A stretch of 64,000 nucleotides of DNA from Octopus vulgaris (taxonomy: Eukaryota), in NCBI GenBank assembly GCA_951406725.2, contig OX597822.1, positions 107,446,001 to 107,510,000 of the forward strand, read 5' to 3'. Within the stretch, counting starts at the first letter, position 1, and each line of letters starts with the position of its first letter. The position numbers were made by a program, and so were the translations under genes. Shown one piece after another: positions 26,791 through 38,966 of this stretch. The notes under the pieces were generated by a model, which ran no database searches, was not told the DNA's origin, and was given only the letters and a program-made list of their open reading frames with translations.

Positions 26791-27036
26791 ACTCCACTTG
26801 AAACAACATTGCATTAAAATACTTCATTTGTACTGACAGCCGAATCTGCATTCGTAAGCACTCCCGTTAATTTATTTGATTTCATAAAACCCCATTGCTA
26901 AATAAAAAAATTCAAGAAAGTGAAAGTGATAAACAGAAATGATGATTATGTAGCGGGAGCAACAGAAAAAAAAATCTTAGGTTTTCTGCGCTACCTGCCG
27001 CATGTGAAATCAGATATGTAGGTTGTATAGTGCTAA

Positions 27037-28179
27037 AGCGGCGAGCTGGCAGAAACGTTAGCGCGCCGGACGAAATGCGTAGCCGTATTTCGTCTGCCGT
27101 AACGTTCTGAGTTCAAATTCCGCCGAGGTCGACTTTGCCTTTCATCCTTTCGGGGTCGATAAATTAAGTACCAGTTACGCACTGGGGTCGATGTAATCGA
27201 CTTAATACCTATGTCTGTCCTTGTTTGTCCGCTCTGTGTTTAGCCCCTTGTGGGTAATAAAGAAATAGGTATTTCGTCCGCCGCTACGTTCTGAGTTCAA
27301 ATTCCGCCGAGGTCGACTTTGCCTTTCATCCTTTCGGGGTCGATAAATTAAGTACCAGTTACGCACTGGGGTCGATGTAATCGATTTAATACCTATGTCT
27401 GTCCTTGTTTGTCCGCTCTGTGTTTAGCCCCTTGTGGGTAATAAAGAAATAGGTATTTCGTCCGCCGCTACGTTCTGAGTTCAAATTCCGCCGAGGTCAA
27501 CTTTGCCTTTCATCCTTTCGGGGTCGATAAATTAAGTACCAGTTACGCACTGGGGTCGATGTAATCGATTTAATACCTATGTCTGTCCTTGTTTGTCCGC
27601 TCTGTGTTTAGCCCCTTGTGGGTAATAAAGAAATAGGTATTTCGTCCGCCGCTACGTTCTGAGTTCAAATTCCGCCGAGGTCAACTTTGCCTTTCATCCT
27701 TTCGGGGTCGATAAATTAAGTACCAGTTACGCACTGGGGTCGATGTAATCGATTTAATACCTATGTCTGTCCTTGTTTGTCCGCTCTGTGTTTAGCCCCT
27801 TGTGGGTAGTAAAGAAATAGGTATTTCGTCCGCCGCTACGTTCTGAGTTCAAATTCCGCCGAGGTCAACTTTGCCTTTCATCCTTTCGGGGTCGATAAAT
27901 TAAGTACCAGTTACGCACTGGGGTCGATGTAATCGACTTAATACCTATGTCTGTCCTTGTTTGTCCGCTCTGTGTTTAGCCCCTTGTGGGTAATAAAGAA
28001 ATAGGTATTTCGTCCGCCGCTACGTTCTGAGTTCAAATTCCGCCCAGGTCGACTTTGCCTTTCATCCTTTCGGGGTCGATAAATTAAGTACCAGTTACGC
28101 ACTGGGGGTCGATGTAATCGACTTGATCTCCTTGTCTGTCCTCTCTGTGTTTAGCCCCTTGTGGGTAGTAAAGAAATAG
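27037..28179 (+). mobile_element. Family-M SINE with six tandem 184-bp internal units
   Basis: Units start at 27085, 27269, 27453, 27637, 27821 and 28005; a single TSD GTATAGTGCTAAAG at 27025-27038 and 28180-28193. Confidence 0.95.
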
Positions 28180-28750
28180 GTATAGTGCTAAAGTTACAAC
28201 TTTTTCAGTTACCATCACAGTTTTGACCAAGGCTCACTGCTCAGTTGGTGTTGAAACATTTATCGAGAATGCCTTTTGCCGCCCACTATGTGTGTGTGTG
28301 TGTGTGTGTGTGCGTTTATGGGGGTGCGGGATAGTAGGGTGTGCGTGCGCGTACATGTATCGGCGTGCGGGTTAGATATTGGGAAGTGGGGATATTTATC
28401 GATGTAAAAAGAGAGGGTTAAAGAAATTGAAATATAAAACTGTATGGAACTATGTCAAGGACATGAAATACGATTATCGATATGAAAAACAGAAAGCATT
28501 TTGATTGAACGAGAATAAAGTACCATTAATTATGCGGAATTCACATGTGACACAGCAGGAGAACCACATTACGGACGGTGAAGTAATTTCCTACACCGTA
28601 TGAACATTAGTGGTGGACTCAATTAGCGATACGTCTCACAGTGCTTTGGATTCTAAATAATAAATAAGGGTCAGTAAGCATACAGAATAAAACCGTTACT
28701 TTACATTGCATTTATATTTTGTTGACGTTCAACAAATTATCAGTCAGCAG

Positions 28751-29627
28751 AACTTACAGAGTGACTCAAGGGCCAAAGGTTTCGTGCATAAGCACATTGG
28801 CACTCATTGAACTGGTTTCAAATGAAGCTGACTACATTTATCCACCTGTCATAACGATAATTCTCTGGACTGTTCTAGAATACAAAGTCACATGTTTTAT
28901 GCATATCTTTCAAATGCTTTGCCTGTTAAGAGGCTCATCAGAGCTCACTGAGAACCTATTTAAATCTAGGTATACTGCAAATACTATCCGTGTTTTTCTT
29001 ATTCCGTTATTCGGTTGCAGGTGGTGGAGAGAAGGCCAGATTACGACAGACATCTCGTGGAAAGATGCTCCCCAGAGACCGTACCAACACATTGCTAGAC
29101 TCTGGGTAAGGATATTTATTTCAAACTACTTCCTAAATCAATTGTTCTCAATACTTGTAAAATCCAGGCCAGAGCCCAAACCGAGCTTTTGTTAGGGGCC
29201 GCGCACCAAAAAAAGTTATATACAAGTCAGTTAACTCAAACTGCGTAATATTTATAGAGGGAATACAAGGAAAACGCTGAGCAACGTATTACTATATCCA
29301 TTTTGAAATCGTGAAATTTCTGACTTTCTCAAGGATGAAATACTGCATTATTTTATGTACCATTCATCTTGTTCAGCCCTGTCCTGTATATCACACGTGC
29401 TACACTGGAGATATTTCCCTGGCTTCCACACACCATACACAGTTACAGTTTTCTTCCCAACCAACGCATTAACCTGGGACTTACGAAAGGGAAGCTTTAT
29501 ATTTCTCAGCACATATGAAAGAAAATAACTACAATTCTGGAAACAAGCATGGATATTTGAAACCAGTTTAATGAGTGCCAATGTGCTTATGCACGAAACC
29601 TTTGGCCCTTGAGTCACTCTGTAAGTT
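28751..29627 (+). mobile_element. Degenerate Penelope-like element with 73-bp inverted terminal copies carrying a hammerhead-like motif
   Basis: 28751-28823 is the reverse complement of 29555-29627 (1 mismatch). Interior has PLE RT-thumb-like GQITTDISWKDAPQRPYQH and GIY-YIG-like VIYK..C..YRGNTRKTL..REALYF..NNYN. Confidence 0.75.
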
Positions 29628-31068
29628 AGTTAAGTTAGTTAAGTTAATTTTGTTGGCTTAAAAAGCAAAAAGCAAGGCCATGTAGGGGGACATGCAGTTA
29701 TGTACAGGGAGGGTGTTCATGCAAAGAGTTCAAGCCATTTCTGGTCAAGAGAGGCTCTGAACCGAGCGGTCGTCGGCATCTTCACTATCTCGTCCGGCAG
29801 CTTATTCCACGGATCCGCAACCCGGACGGAGAAAGCCCCTCTCCTTCGATTGAGATGAAATCCTTGCAGATAAAGCTTTTCGGAGTGACCCCGCAGCCTA
29901 CGCTCTGGAGCAGGAGTGAAGAACAGCTCTTTCGAGAGGTTACACTTTCCGCTTATGATGTTGTAGGCGAGAATGAGATCACCACGGCGTCGTCGTTTTT
30001 CTAGGGAATAAAGGACGAGCGTCTTCAGCCTTTCTTCATAAGACAAATGCTTGAGACCAAGAACCATGCGGGTAGCCAGCTTCTGGACTCTTTCGAGATG
30101 ATGTTTGTCGTTGAGGAGATAAGGAGAAGAGGCTTGAGTCCCGTACTCCAATATGGGTCTCTCCAGCGTGACATAGAGCGGTAGGAATATAGCTACTGTG
30201 AGCATTCCGAATGACCATCGAATCAAAAACGGAACTCGCGTGCTTTGTTGACAGTATGGACGCACTGGGCCGAAGGCGAAAGGGAATAATCCACCAAGAT
30301 ACCTAGGTCCTTTACCTGGTCGGTCCTCTCCAGCAGCAGACGACCCGGCTCGAAATCAAGTTGAGTTGCAGGAGAAGAGCCAGCAGGCAGATGACAGCAC
30401 TTTGACACGTTCAGAAACAGGTCCCATTCGTTAGACCATCTCCAAACTTGGTGGAGGCATCGACGAAGATCATCTATATTACCTCGAGGAGTGACCAGTT
30501 TGACATCATCGGCAAATAGAAGGGTGTGTTGCGTGAGGTCGTCGGGCAAGTCATTTATGAAGACTAAAAACAATAAGGGCCCAAGCACTGAACCTTGAGG
30601 CACGCCACTGCTCGCACTGGAGACGTCGGACAGCGAACCATTAACTTGGACTTGGAAGGAGCGATCTGAGAGGAAGGCACCAACCCATTGTACAATATCC
30701 AGATGGAAACTATATGCTCGAAGCTTGACAAGTAATAGGCGGTGGTTAACCGAGTCAAAAGCTTTGGCAAAGTCCAATAAAACGATGTCAACAGCATCAC
30801 CATCATCCAGGATACGCGTCACCAATTCTTCCATTACCAGTAAGTTGGTGAAGCATGATCTCCGCGGCACGAAGCCGTGTTGGGAATCAGAGATATAGGC
30901 TGTGTTTTGGAGGTGGAGCAACATACTTTTCTTAAGAATGGTTTCGAACATCTTGCTGATTATTGAAGTAAGGGAAACCGGTCGGTAGTTAAGCGGGTGT
31001 TCGCGGCTCCCTTTCTTGAAAATTGGGCAGATTATCGCTGTTCTCCAGTCCGCTGGAAAGATACAGGC
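29628..31068 (-). pseudogene. 5'-truncated CR1-like LINE reverse transcriptase with one frameshift
   Basis: NYRPVSLTS, QHGF, LDFAKAFDSV, SGVPQGSVLGPLLF and FADD motifs (ORF 30223-30951, continuing in ORF 29717-30265 as LSYEERL..RRRRGDLI); short tandem-repeat 3' tail at about 29628-29648. Confidence 0.95.
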
Positions 31069-31132
31069 TTAAGATGGTAGGGTGTAAGAGACGATTTTGG
31101 CACAAGGCCTCATTTTAGTAATATATTGTTGT

Positions 31133-31413
31133 TTGTTCCTTCATAGGGCCGGTTTCCTGGTTTCCTTGGCGTATAGGTTCCCCACCTGGGCAGGACGCCG
31201 GTACGTCGCAGGTGAGCTGCAAGATGCAGGAGGAAAGAGTGAGAGAAAGTTGTGGTGAAAGAGTCAGCAGAAATACGCCATTACTTTTGGTTGGAGCCGA
31301 GTGGAGCTTAGGTGTATCGTTCATAAACACTCACACCACCCGGTCTGAGGTTCGAACCCGTGATCCCTCAACCGCGAGCACACTGCTCTAACTACAAGGC
31401 CATTTGCCTCCAC
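31133..31413 (-). mobile_element. Diverged SINE, head A-like with B-like tail
   Basis: GGTTCGAACC box, CACCACAACTTTCTCTCACTCTTTC segment, GGAAACCGGCCCTATG tail. Confidence 0.8.
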
Positions 31414-31810
31414 GGTAATATATTGTACAAGTGAATAATTGTTGACTCCTGCGCAATTGGGCTATAGAACGTAAAGGGTAGAGTTTATAGGTCTTTCAAA
31501 GGTATATGGGCCAGCATTTTCTCCACAGCAGATAGAAGTGATATCCCATCAACATTTCCACATTGATATTTGGACCTGATTTAAATAGTGATATAAAAAC
31601 TGCCCAGTCTCATGGAACTATTAATGCCATCGATACCAGCGATCTCTCTGTGATTCATGTTGACTTCAAAACGATCATTGAGAGGTTCTAAGTCATACTG
31701 CATTCCGCGCTTTTGAATAGATGTATTATGCTTATAATACATACATAAATATATTTATGTGTGTGTATATGTATATAGTTCAACTTTACACACACATACG
31801 CACACACACA

Positions 31811-31874
<64 letters not shown>

Positions 31875-32041
31875 AAGGAAATGAAGAAAATGCTGACAAA
31901 ATAATTTAAGTAAGGGAGAGTGTATTTAATTAGGTGAAAGTTCGTTTTACCGGTTGCGCATTTGTTATGCTTATCAAAAGATATTTTTTTAAGAGAGATA
32001 GAGTTCCTTTCTGATAGATTTTTTCTCTTATCTTTTTAAAT

Positions 32042-32113
<72 letters not shown>

Positions 32114-32426
32114 TGTTTGTGTGTGTATGTTTAAAAATATTACAGTACTAAGTTAAGAAATGAGGGATCATGTACATTATTTACATTATTTACATTATTT
32201 ACATATAACCCTCGGCGAAATATTGTGTGAACAACAAACAAGATGAGGACAAATATCCGTCAAATGTAAATAATATGTATAAATTTTTAAAAAATATATA
32301 TGCATATTTACATATTTACATATTTTCTTCTTCTTCTTCTTCTTCTTCTTCTTCTTCTTCTTCTTCTTCTTCTTCTTCTTCGTTCTCTTCGTCTCCTTAT
32401 TATTGTTATTATTGTTACCGTTTTTA

Positions 32427-32985
32427 GGGCGGCGAGCTGGCAGAGACGTTAGCACGCCGGGCGAAATGTCGTTACGTTTTGAGTTCAAATTCCGCCGAGG
32501 ACGACTTTGCCTTTCATCCTTTCAGAGTCGATTAAATAAGTATCAGTTACGCACTGGGATCGATATAATCAACTTAATCCCTTTGTCTGTCCTTGTTTGT
32601 CCCCTCTGTGTTTAGCACTTAGTGGGTAGTAAAGAAATAGGTATTTCGTCTGCTGCTACGTTCTGAGTTCAAATTCAGCCGAGGTCGACTTTGCTTTTCA
32701 TCAAAGGTCGATTAAATTACACACTGTGGTCGATATAATCGACTTAATCTGTTTGTCTATCCTTCTTTGTCCTGTCTGTGTTTAGCCCCTTGTGGGTCGT
32801 AAAGAAATAGGTATTTCGTCTATCTTTATGTTCTGAGTTCAAATTCCGCCGAGGTTGACTTCGCTTTTCATCCTTTCGTAGTCGATAAAATTAGTACCAG
32901 TAATGCACTGGATTCAATGTAATTGACTTAATCCCTTCCTCCAAATTTGGGGCCTTGTGCTTCCACTAGAAAGGATTATTATTAC
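32427..32985 (+). mobile_element. Family-M SINE trimer (diverged)
   Basis: Head plus three units joined at GAAATAGGTATTTC. Confidence 0.85.
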
Positions 32986-33029
32986 CGTTGATGTTATTAT
33001 TACAAAGCCCCTATCACCTGCTTGTATAA

Positions 33030-33330
33030 TTAGCAGAGATGTTAACAAGATGCTTTCTGGCAATAAATCATCTGAGTTCTGAAGAACCTTCCGTATGATG
33101 GTATTTTTTCTGCCACTTGATAAGGAGTGTCTTGATTCCAGTATCCTTCATCCTCTTAAGTAATAATTTAGGCGTTGTGCCAAGTGCCTCAGTTACTATC
33201 GGGATAATTATCACCTTTGGCTTCTAAAATATTATTTTCGGTTTGATTAGATTCTGATACTTTTCAATTTACTGATGTCTGGTATCCGTTCTTTTATCAT
33301 ATCATATTGCAAGTCTATTACGTAACAGTT
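33030..33330 (-). pseudogene. R4/Dong-like LINE 3' end (restriction-like endonuclease region)
   Basis: KIEKYQNL..PIVTEALGTTPK resembles the K.EKY.DL..P.V.GALG..PK C-terminus of RLE-encoding non-LTR elements. Confidence 0.6.
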
Positions 33331-34184
33331 TGTTTTATTACATACAGTCGTATCTCCTCTAACTTTTATAGTACGAAATATATTCATTAGTTCGTGTGTA
33401 ATGGTTGGTAGCAATACATTGCTTATCTTGTCTAAGTAATGAAGCCGTTTTGTAATTATGTACTTTGTTACGCTTAATTATATATTTTGTATTTTTGTAT
33501 TTTAGTGGGCTAATAATATATTTTGAAATGTTTTAAATTAAAAATGCACACGGGTATACACAACCTTGAAATGGCTTTCTTGTAATGTATTTCAAGTATA
33601 ATATGAAATTTTGGAAGATGTGATAATGTATTTTCAAATAATTTGAAATCTATAATCTACATTTCAAGACATATTCTCGTACTTTGATTACAGTGATCTT
33701 TCGAATCAACAGCGAAAAAGGAACAGCGCATTCCCTTTCTTCTTGTTTTTTCCGCATATTCTGTGTAGGGTATTTTTTAACATTATATAAACATTTATCC
33801 ACGACTGTTGTCCGCTCTCCAGAAAAAGAAGTTTCTCATTTCTCTTAAAGTCATATCAATGCTGGAAAAATCCTTGATTCTTCAGATTACTTCCTCCATG
33901 TCCTTCAGAATTGTTGACAAATGCCATTTGGTAATTTCGATACATACTGGAGGTGGCTGGGTGTTTGGCAAGATACATTAAATAACTAAAAAAAAATTCA
34001 TATTGCATAGTATTTGATATACCTTTATTTATCTATTTTGTTCATATGCATACCAATGCCCGCTGTGAATTATACATAGCTCATGTTTAGTTTGATGGTC
34101 CTACATAGATGCATACATACATACATTGATTTTGTAATTCAAATGAAGGAAGCTTGGATCTAGGTTAGAACCGTTTACCAATAC

Positions 34185-34877
34185 ACATACATACATACAT
34201 ACATACATACATACACACATACATACGTACATACATACATACATACATACATACATACATACATACATACATACATACATACATACATACATACATACAT
34301 ACGTACATACATACATACATACATACACACATACATACGTACATACATACATACATACATACATACATACATACATACGTACATACATACATACATACAT
34401 ATATACATACATACATACATACATACATACATACATACATACATACATACATACATACATACATACATACATACATACATACATACATACATACATACAT
34501 ACATACATACATACATACATACATACATACATACACACATAGATACATACATGCATACATACATACATACATACATATATACATACATCCATCCATCCAT
34601 ACATCCATACATACATACATACATACATACACACATACATACATACATACATACGTACATACATACATACACACATACATACATACATACATACATACAT
34701 ACATACATACGTACATACATACATACATACATATATACATACATACATATATACATACATACATACATACATACATACATACATACATACATACATACAT
34801 ACATACATACACACATACATACGTACATACATACATACATACATACATACATACATACATACATACATACATACATA
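34185..34877. repeat. (TACA)n microsatellite, ~690 bp
   Basis: Direct inspection; source of the MYVC-repeat ORFs. Confidence 0.98.
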
Positions 34878-35603
34878 CTCTGTCCTTGATGTTGAAATTC
34901 CAATGGAGGACTTGAACCCGGCTCTTCCTCCATTGTCAACAAATCATGAAATAAAACTGAACAACGACATTCATAGTCTTTTATACTTTTATTCACTTAC
35001 TTTTGACAATTATTGGAGTGCGACCATACTCGAAAAACACCTTGAAGTGTTTTAGTCGAAAAACTAATCTTTCGCCGAACTGCAAGATTAAGGGATATAA
35101 ACATACCAACACTAGTTGTCAAGCGATTGTGGGTGACAACAAACGACACAAATACACACATACACGCACAAACACATATACATATACGGCAGCCTTCTTT
35201 CAGTTTCTTCCTTCCAAATTCACTTACAAAACTCAGGTCGCACCGATGCTATAATAGAAGACACTTGCCCAATGTGCCACGTAGTAGGCCTGAATCTGGA
35301 ATGCAATGCATAAACAGAAAGTTAGAAATAATTTTGCAATAACTTGGTTTCGTTATATGATAACAATATTTCCAGAATTTTCAATCCTACTATGGAACCT
35401 CACATCATTGCAGCAGCTACAGCTACCTCATCCTGGATTATAATACTGGAGTAAGCAGATGTGCTCCAAGAGAATACAGCTTGGATTTTGCCCTACGTTC
35501 AATTATGAATTATAAGCAGCGCTACTGTTGTATACATTATCGATCCCATATCCTGTATGCGTTTTGCGTATTCACCGGTTTACCGTGATAAATAGAATTG
35601 TAA

Positions 35604-35680
35604 GCGACATGTTTCGCCTTTCTATGACTATCTCCCCCGATATAAGGGAGTCATCCCCCCAAAAGGCTATGTTGCAGCGA
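35604..35680 (-). ncRNA. Degenerate hammerhead-like motif with long stem II
   Basis: Minus strand reads CTGCAACATA-GCCTTT..ATGAC TCCC..GGGA..GTCAT..AAAGGC-GAAA-CATG-TC; the CTGANGA segment is corrupted. Confidence 0.4.
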
Positions 35681-35784
35681 ATCACCATAGCTCAAAATTA
35701 CAGTCGAATATGTATATATATATATACATAAATATATATATATACATATCTCTCTCTCTCTCTCCTTCTCTCTCTCTCTCTCCT

Positions 35785-35858
<74 letters not shown>

Positions 35859-35999
35859 GAAATATACACACACAAATATTACATTCCAAAGAATCCATTA
35901 CTAATCAGCCCCAATCACAGCTATACTCCATAACATGCCAACTTCAAGTCATACAACACCTCACTACTTTCACCCATTGATATTCTCCTTCTCTTGTTT

Positions 36000-36160
36000 T
36001 TTTCTTCTTCTTCCTATTCTTCTTCATCATCATCATTATCATCATCATCGTCGTCATCATCATCACCACCATCATCATCATCATCATCTTCTCCTTCTTC
36101 TTCTTCTTCTTCTTCTTCATCATCAACATCATCAACATCGTCATCTTCTTCTTCTTCTTC
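36000..36160. repeat. (CTT)n/(CAT)n compound microsatellite
   Basis: Direct inspection. Confidence 0.95.
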
Positions 36161-36521
36161 TACTTTTCCACCTTCTACCTCTTAACTTTGTCACTAATGC
36201 TTTTTAGTATAACACCTACGCAAATTCCATAAAGAAGCCTTTCAATAGAAATATTCTCCTGAATTGAACTGCGACTGCTAGCCGCCACTGACCATTCAAA
36301 ATACGACCAAAAGGGCACTCCCAGATTTTCCCACCTCCTCTCCTCATCAGCCTTCTTCTTCTTCTACCCTACCAAGAACTCACAACGACCTCGAACACAC
36401 AAGTGCAAACAAGGGAGTCAGAGAAAGGCAGAATGCCACTTATATCTGAACACTACTATAGAAATATTCCTTTAAAAAAACTTTTCTTCTAATTTTTCTA
36501 AATTTAATTATTTAATCGTTA

Positions 36522-36559
36522 CAGTTGAAAAGGTCTCAAAATGACCGAAACCGGTACTG
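36522..36559 (+). ncRNA. Minimal type I hammerhead ribozyme with U3:A8 core variant
   Basis: CAG-TTGAAAA-GGTC tcaaaat GACC-GAAA-CCGG-TA-CTG: stems I and II pair fully; palindromic stem III ACCGGT; GUA cleavage triplet. Confidence 0.7.
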
Positions 36560-36610
36560 AAATGTTCACTATAAAATTATTTTAGCATTTTCTATTCTGA
36601 CTTGTTTTTT

Positions 36611-36671
<61 letters not shown>

Positions 36672-36677
<6 letters not shown>

Positions 36678-36912
36678 ATATTATCATGGAGGCAACACAG
36701 GTGAAGTCTAAAAGAACATAATTGAAATACGAATCCAAAACATATATAAGTACACGTATTCTCTATAAAATGGAAATAAAATTCCAAAATACACAAATGC
36801 ATATATAAATAGACAATATCAATGCAATTTTATTTCCATTTTATAGAGCATATATGTATTTACTTAAATTTTGGATGTGTCTCCTGTGCTGCCCCCATAA
36901 TAATGTTTTTTC
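36672..36912. repeat. Imperfect foldback (inverted repeat) next to (TA)n
   Basis: CTCTATAAAATGGAAATAAAATT / AATTTTATTTCCATTTTATAGAG plus outer ATGGAGGCAACACAGG / CCTGTGCTGCCCCCAT. Confidence 0.8.
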
Positions 36913-37011
36913 GAATATGGCTCACAAGGAGCGCTACATTTTCCTTCTGTATTAACGTGAGTTATTGTTAATAACAAGCTCTATTAAACTATATACACAC
37001 ATACAATATGC

Positions 37012-37054
<43 letters not shown>

Positions 37055-37159
37055 CCCGCCATTTTCATAGATATGTAAAGATAAACATTCGTACATGCTA
37101 CGACGAATTCTACGGTTGGCTATCGAGCTTGTAACGTTATGTTTTTTCTTATATATCTT

Positions 37160-37236
37160 GAGTTTGTTGCACTGATGAACATGGAATGCATATTCTGCAT
37201 TAATTGCGAAATCACATATGATATGTAACTAAATTC
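37160..37236 (+). ncRNA. Type I hammerhead ribozyme, canonical core
   Basis: GTTGCA-CTGATGA-aca..AATGCA tattc TGCATT..tgc-GAAA-TCA cata TGA-TA-TGTAAC; stem I extends via GAGTTT/AAATTC; predicted cleavage after 37223. Confidence 0.8.
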
Positions 37237-37679
37237 TTTTTTTAAATGATTTGCTTTGAAGTTTTGCATTCGGTAAAATTTTGTTTATTTTAGTAGTTTT
37301 GACCGCATTGGCCCCTCTTTAGCGTGTGGTATCTACGAATAGTAGTACCCTCAATATGATATAACTAAATATTTTCAAAGTGGAAAAATTTACGGATTTT
37401 TTCTCTTACGAGGTTTTTCACGCTAACTACTGATAATTTCTTTTAAAGATTTTATCCTCAATTGTTAATATATATATATATATATAGTTCGCCAGAACCT
37501 CTGAGTGCTAATTTAAAGGCGGTGCTCTCTCTGTCCGCAGTCAAATGACTGAAACAAGTAATAAAAAAAAAAAAAAAAAAAATATATATATATACATACG
37601 TCTGTATCTATATTCATATCCACAACTCTGTCTTTCTCTCTGTCTCTCTGTCGCTTGCTCTCTCTCATTGTGTGTATAT

Positions 37680-37761
<82 letters not shown>

Positions 37762-37766
<5 letters not shown>

Positions 37767-38150
37767 AGGTGTGGCTGTGTGGTAAGAAGCTTACTTCCCA
37801 CCCACTTGGTTCGGAGTTCAGTCACGCTGCATGGCACATTGGGCAAGTGTCTTCTACTATAGCCTCGGGCCGAACACACCCTTGTGTATGGATTTGGTAG
37901 ACGGAAACTGAAAGAGGTCTGTCGCATATATATGTACAGATTTGTGTGTTTGTGTCTGTATTTGTCTTCCTTCCACCGCTTGACAATCGATGTTGGTGTG
38001 TTCACTTTCCCGTAAGTTTGCGATTCGGCAAAGGACCCGATAAGTTAAGTACTAGGCTTACAAAGAATAAATTCAGGGGTATGTTTCTTCGACTAAAAGG
38101 CGGTGATCCAACATAGCCACAATCAAAAAGACTGAAACAATTAAAGAGTA
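37762..38150 (+). mobile_element. SINE family C (diverged)
   Basis: Matches 7837 and 54278 copies. Confidence 0.85.
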
Positions 38151-38162
38151 ATATGTATGTAA

Positions 38163-38492
38163 AGACCCCCTTCGGTCATGAATGACCATGGGATTGCACC
38201 TAGAAAGTTACTCTCCTAGACACAAGTCCGGGCAAGGTTGTCTATGGGAGACCAGCAGTCCCCCATGCATACCAGCCTCCCCTCTCCACGCCACCAGTGT
38301 TATCCCAGGGAAAGACAAAGGTCGATACAGCTTGGCACCAGTGACGTCGCAACTCATTTCTACAGTTGAGTGAACTGGAGCAACGTGAAAATAAAGTGCC
38401 TTGCCCAAGAACACAACACGCAGCCCGGTCCGGGATTCGAGCTCACAACTTCACGATCGTAAGCTCGACGACCTAACCACTGAGCCATTCGC
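38163..38492 (-). mobile_element. SINE family D
   Basis: Reverse complement of 23941-24265. Confidence 0.9.
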
Positions 38493-38732
38493 CTATATAT
38501 ATGACAATTATGTATCGGGCAGCAAGCTGGCAGAATCGTAAGCAGGCCGCACAAAATGCTCAGTCGTCTTACTGTGCTCTTTAAGTTTAAAGTCCCCCGA
38601 TGTCGGCTTCGCTTTTCATAATTTTAGGGTCGATGTAATCGACTCGTCTTCTTCTGGAAATTGCAGACCTTGTACCTATAACAGATTGAATGAACTATAC
38701 TTATGTATGAATAAGTTGATGTATGCATTTAT

Positions 38733-38966
38733 ACGCAATGGCCTAGTGGTTAGGGCAGCGGACTTGCGGTCGGAGGATCGCGGTTTCGATTCCCAGAGAC
38801 GGTGTTGTGTGTGTTTATTGAGCGAAAAAAACACCTAAAAGCTTGCCAAGGCTCCGGCAGGAGGTGGTGATCCCTGCTGTACTCTTTCACCACTCTAAAG
38901 GCGGTGCTCCAGCATGGCCACAGTCAAATGACTGAAACAAGTACAAAAAAAAAAAAAAAAAAAAAA
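38733..38966 (+). mobile_element. Chimeric SINE: head A fused to family C tail plus poly(A)
   Basis: Head A up to CTCTTTCACCACT, then CTAAAGGCGGTGCTCCAGCATGG..GAAACAAGTAC and a poly(A) tract. Confidence 0.8.

Noticed and set aside
27010-27031. Similarity to let-7 (GTAGGTTGTATAGT, 14-nt match)
   Set aside because: The seed is absent, the reconstructed pre-insertion hairpin is short and weak, and no miR-100/miR-125 cluster is evident.
27085-28179. Regular repeat array resembling CRISPR
   Set aside because: The units are contiguous 184-bp SINE segments with no unique spacers and no cas genes, in eukaryotic DNA.
34101-34996. Long ORFs (235-273 aa) and the many YI/MYVC/HT/LSIY-repeat ORFs across the window
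   Set aside because: They are translations of stop-free microsatellites, not genes.
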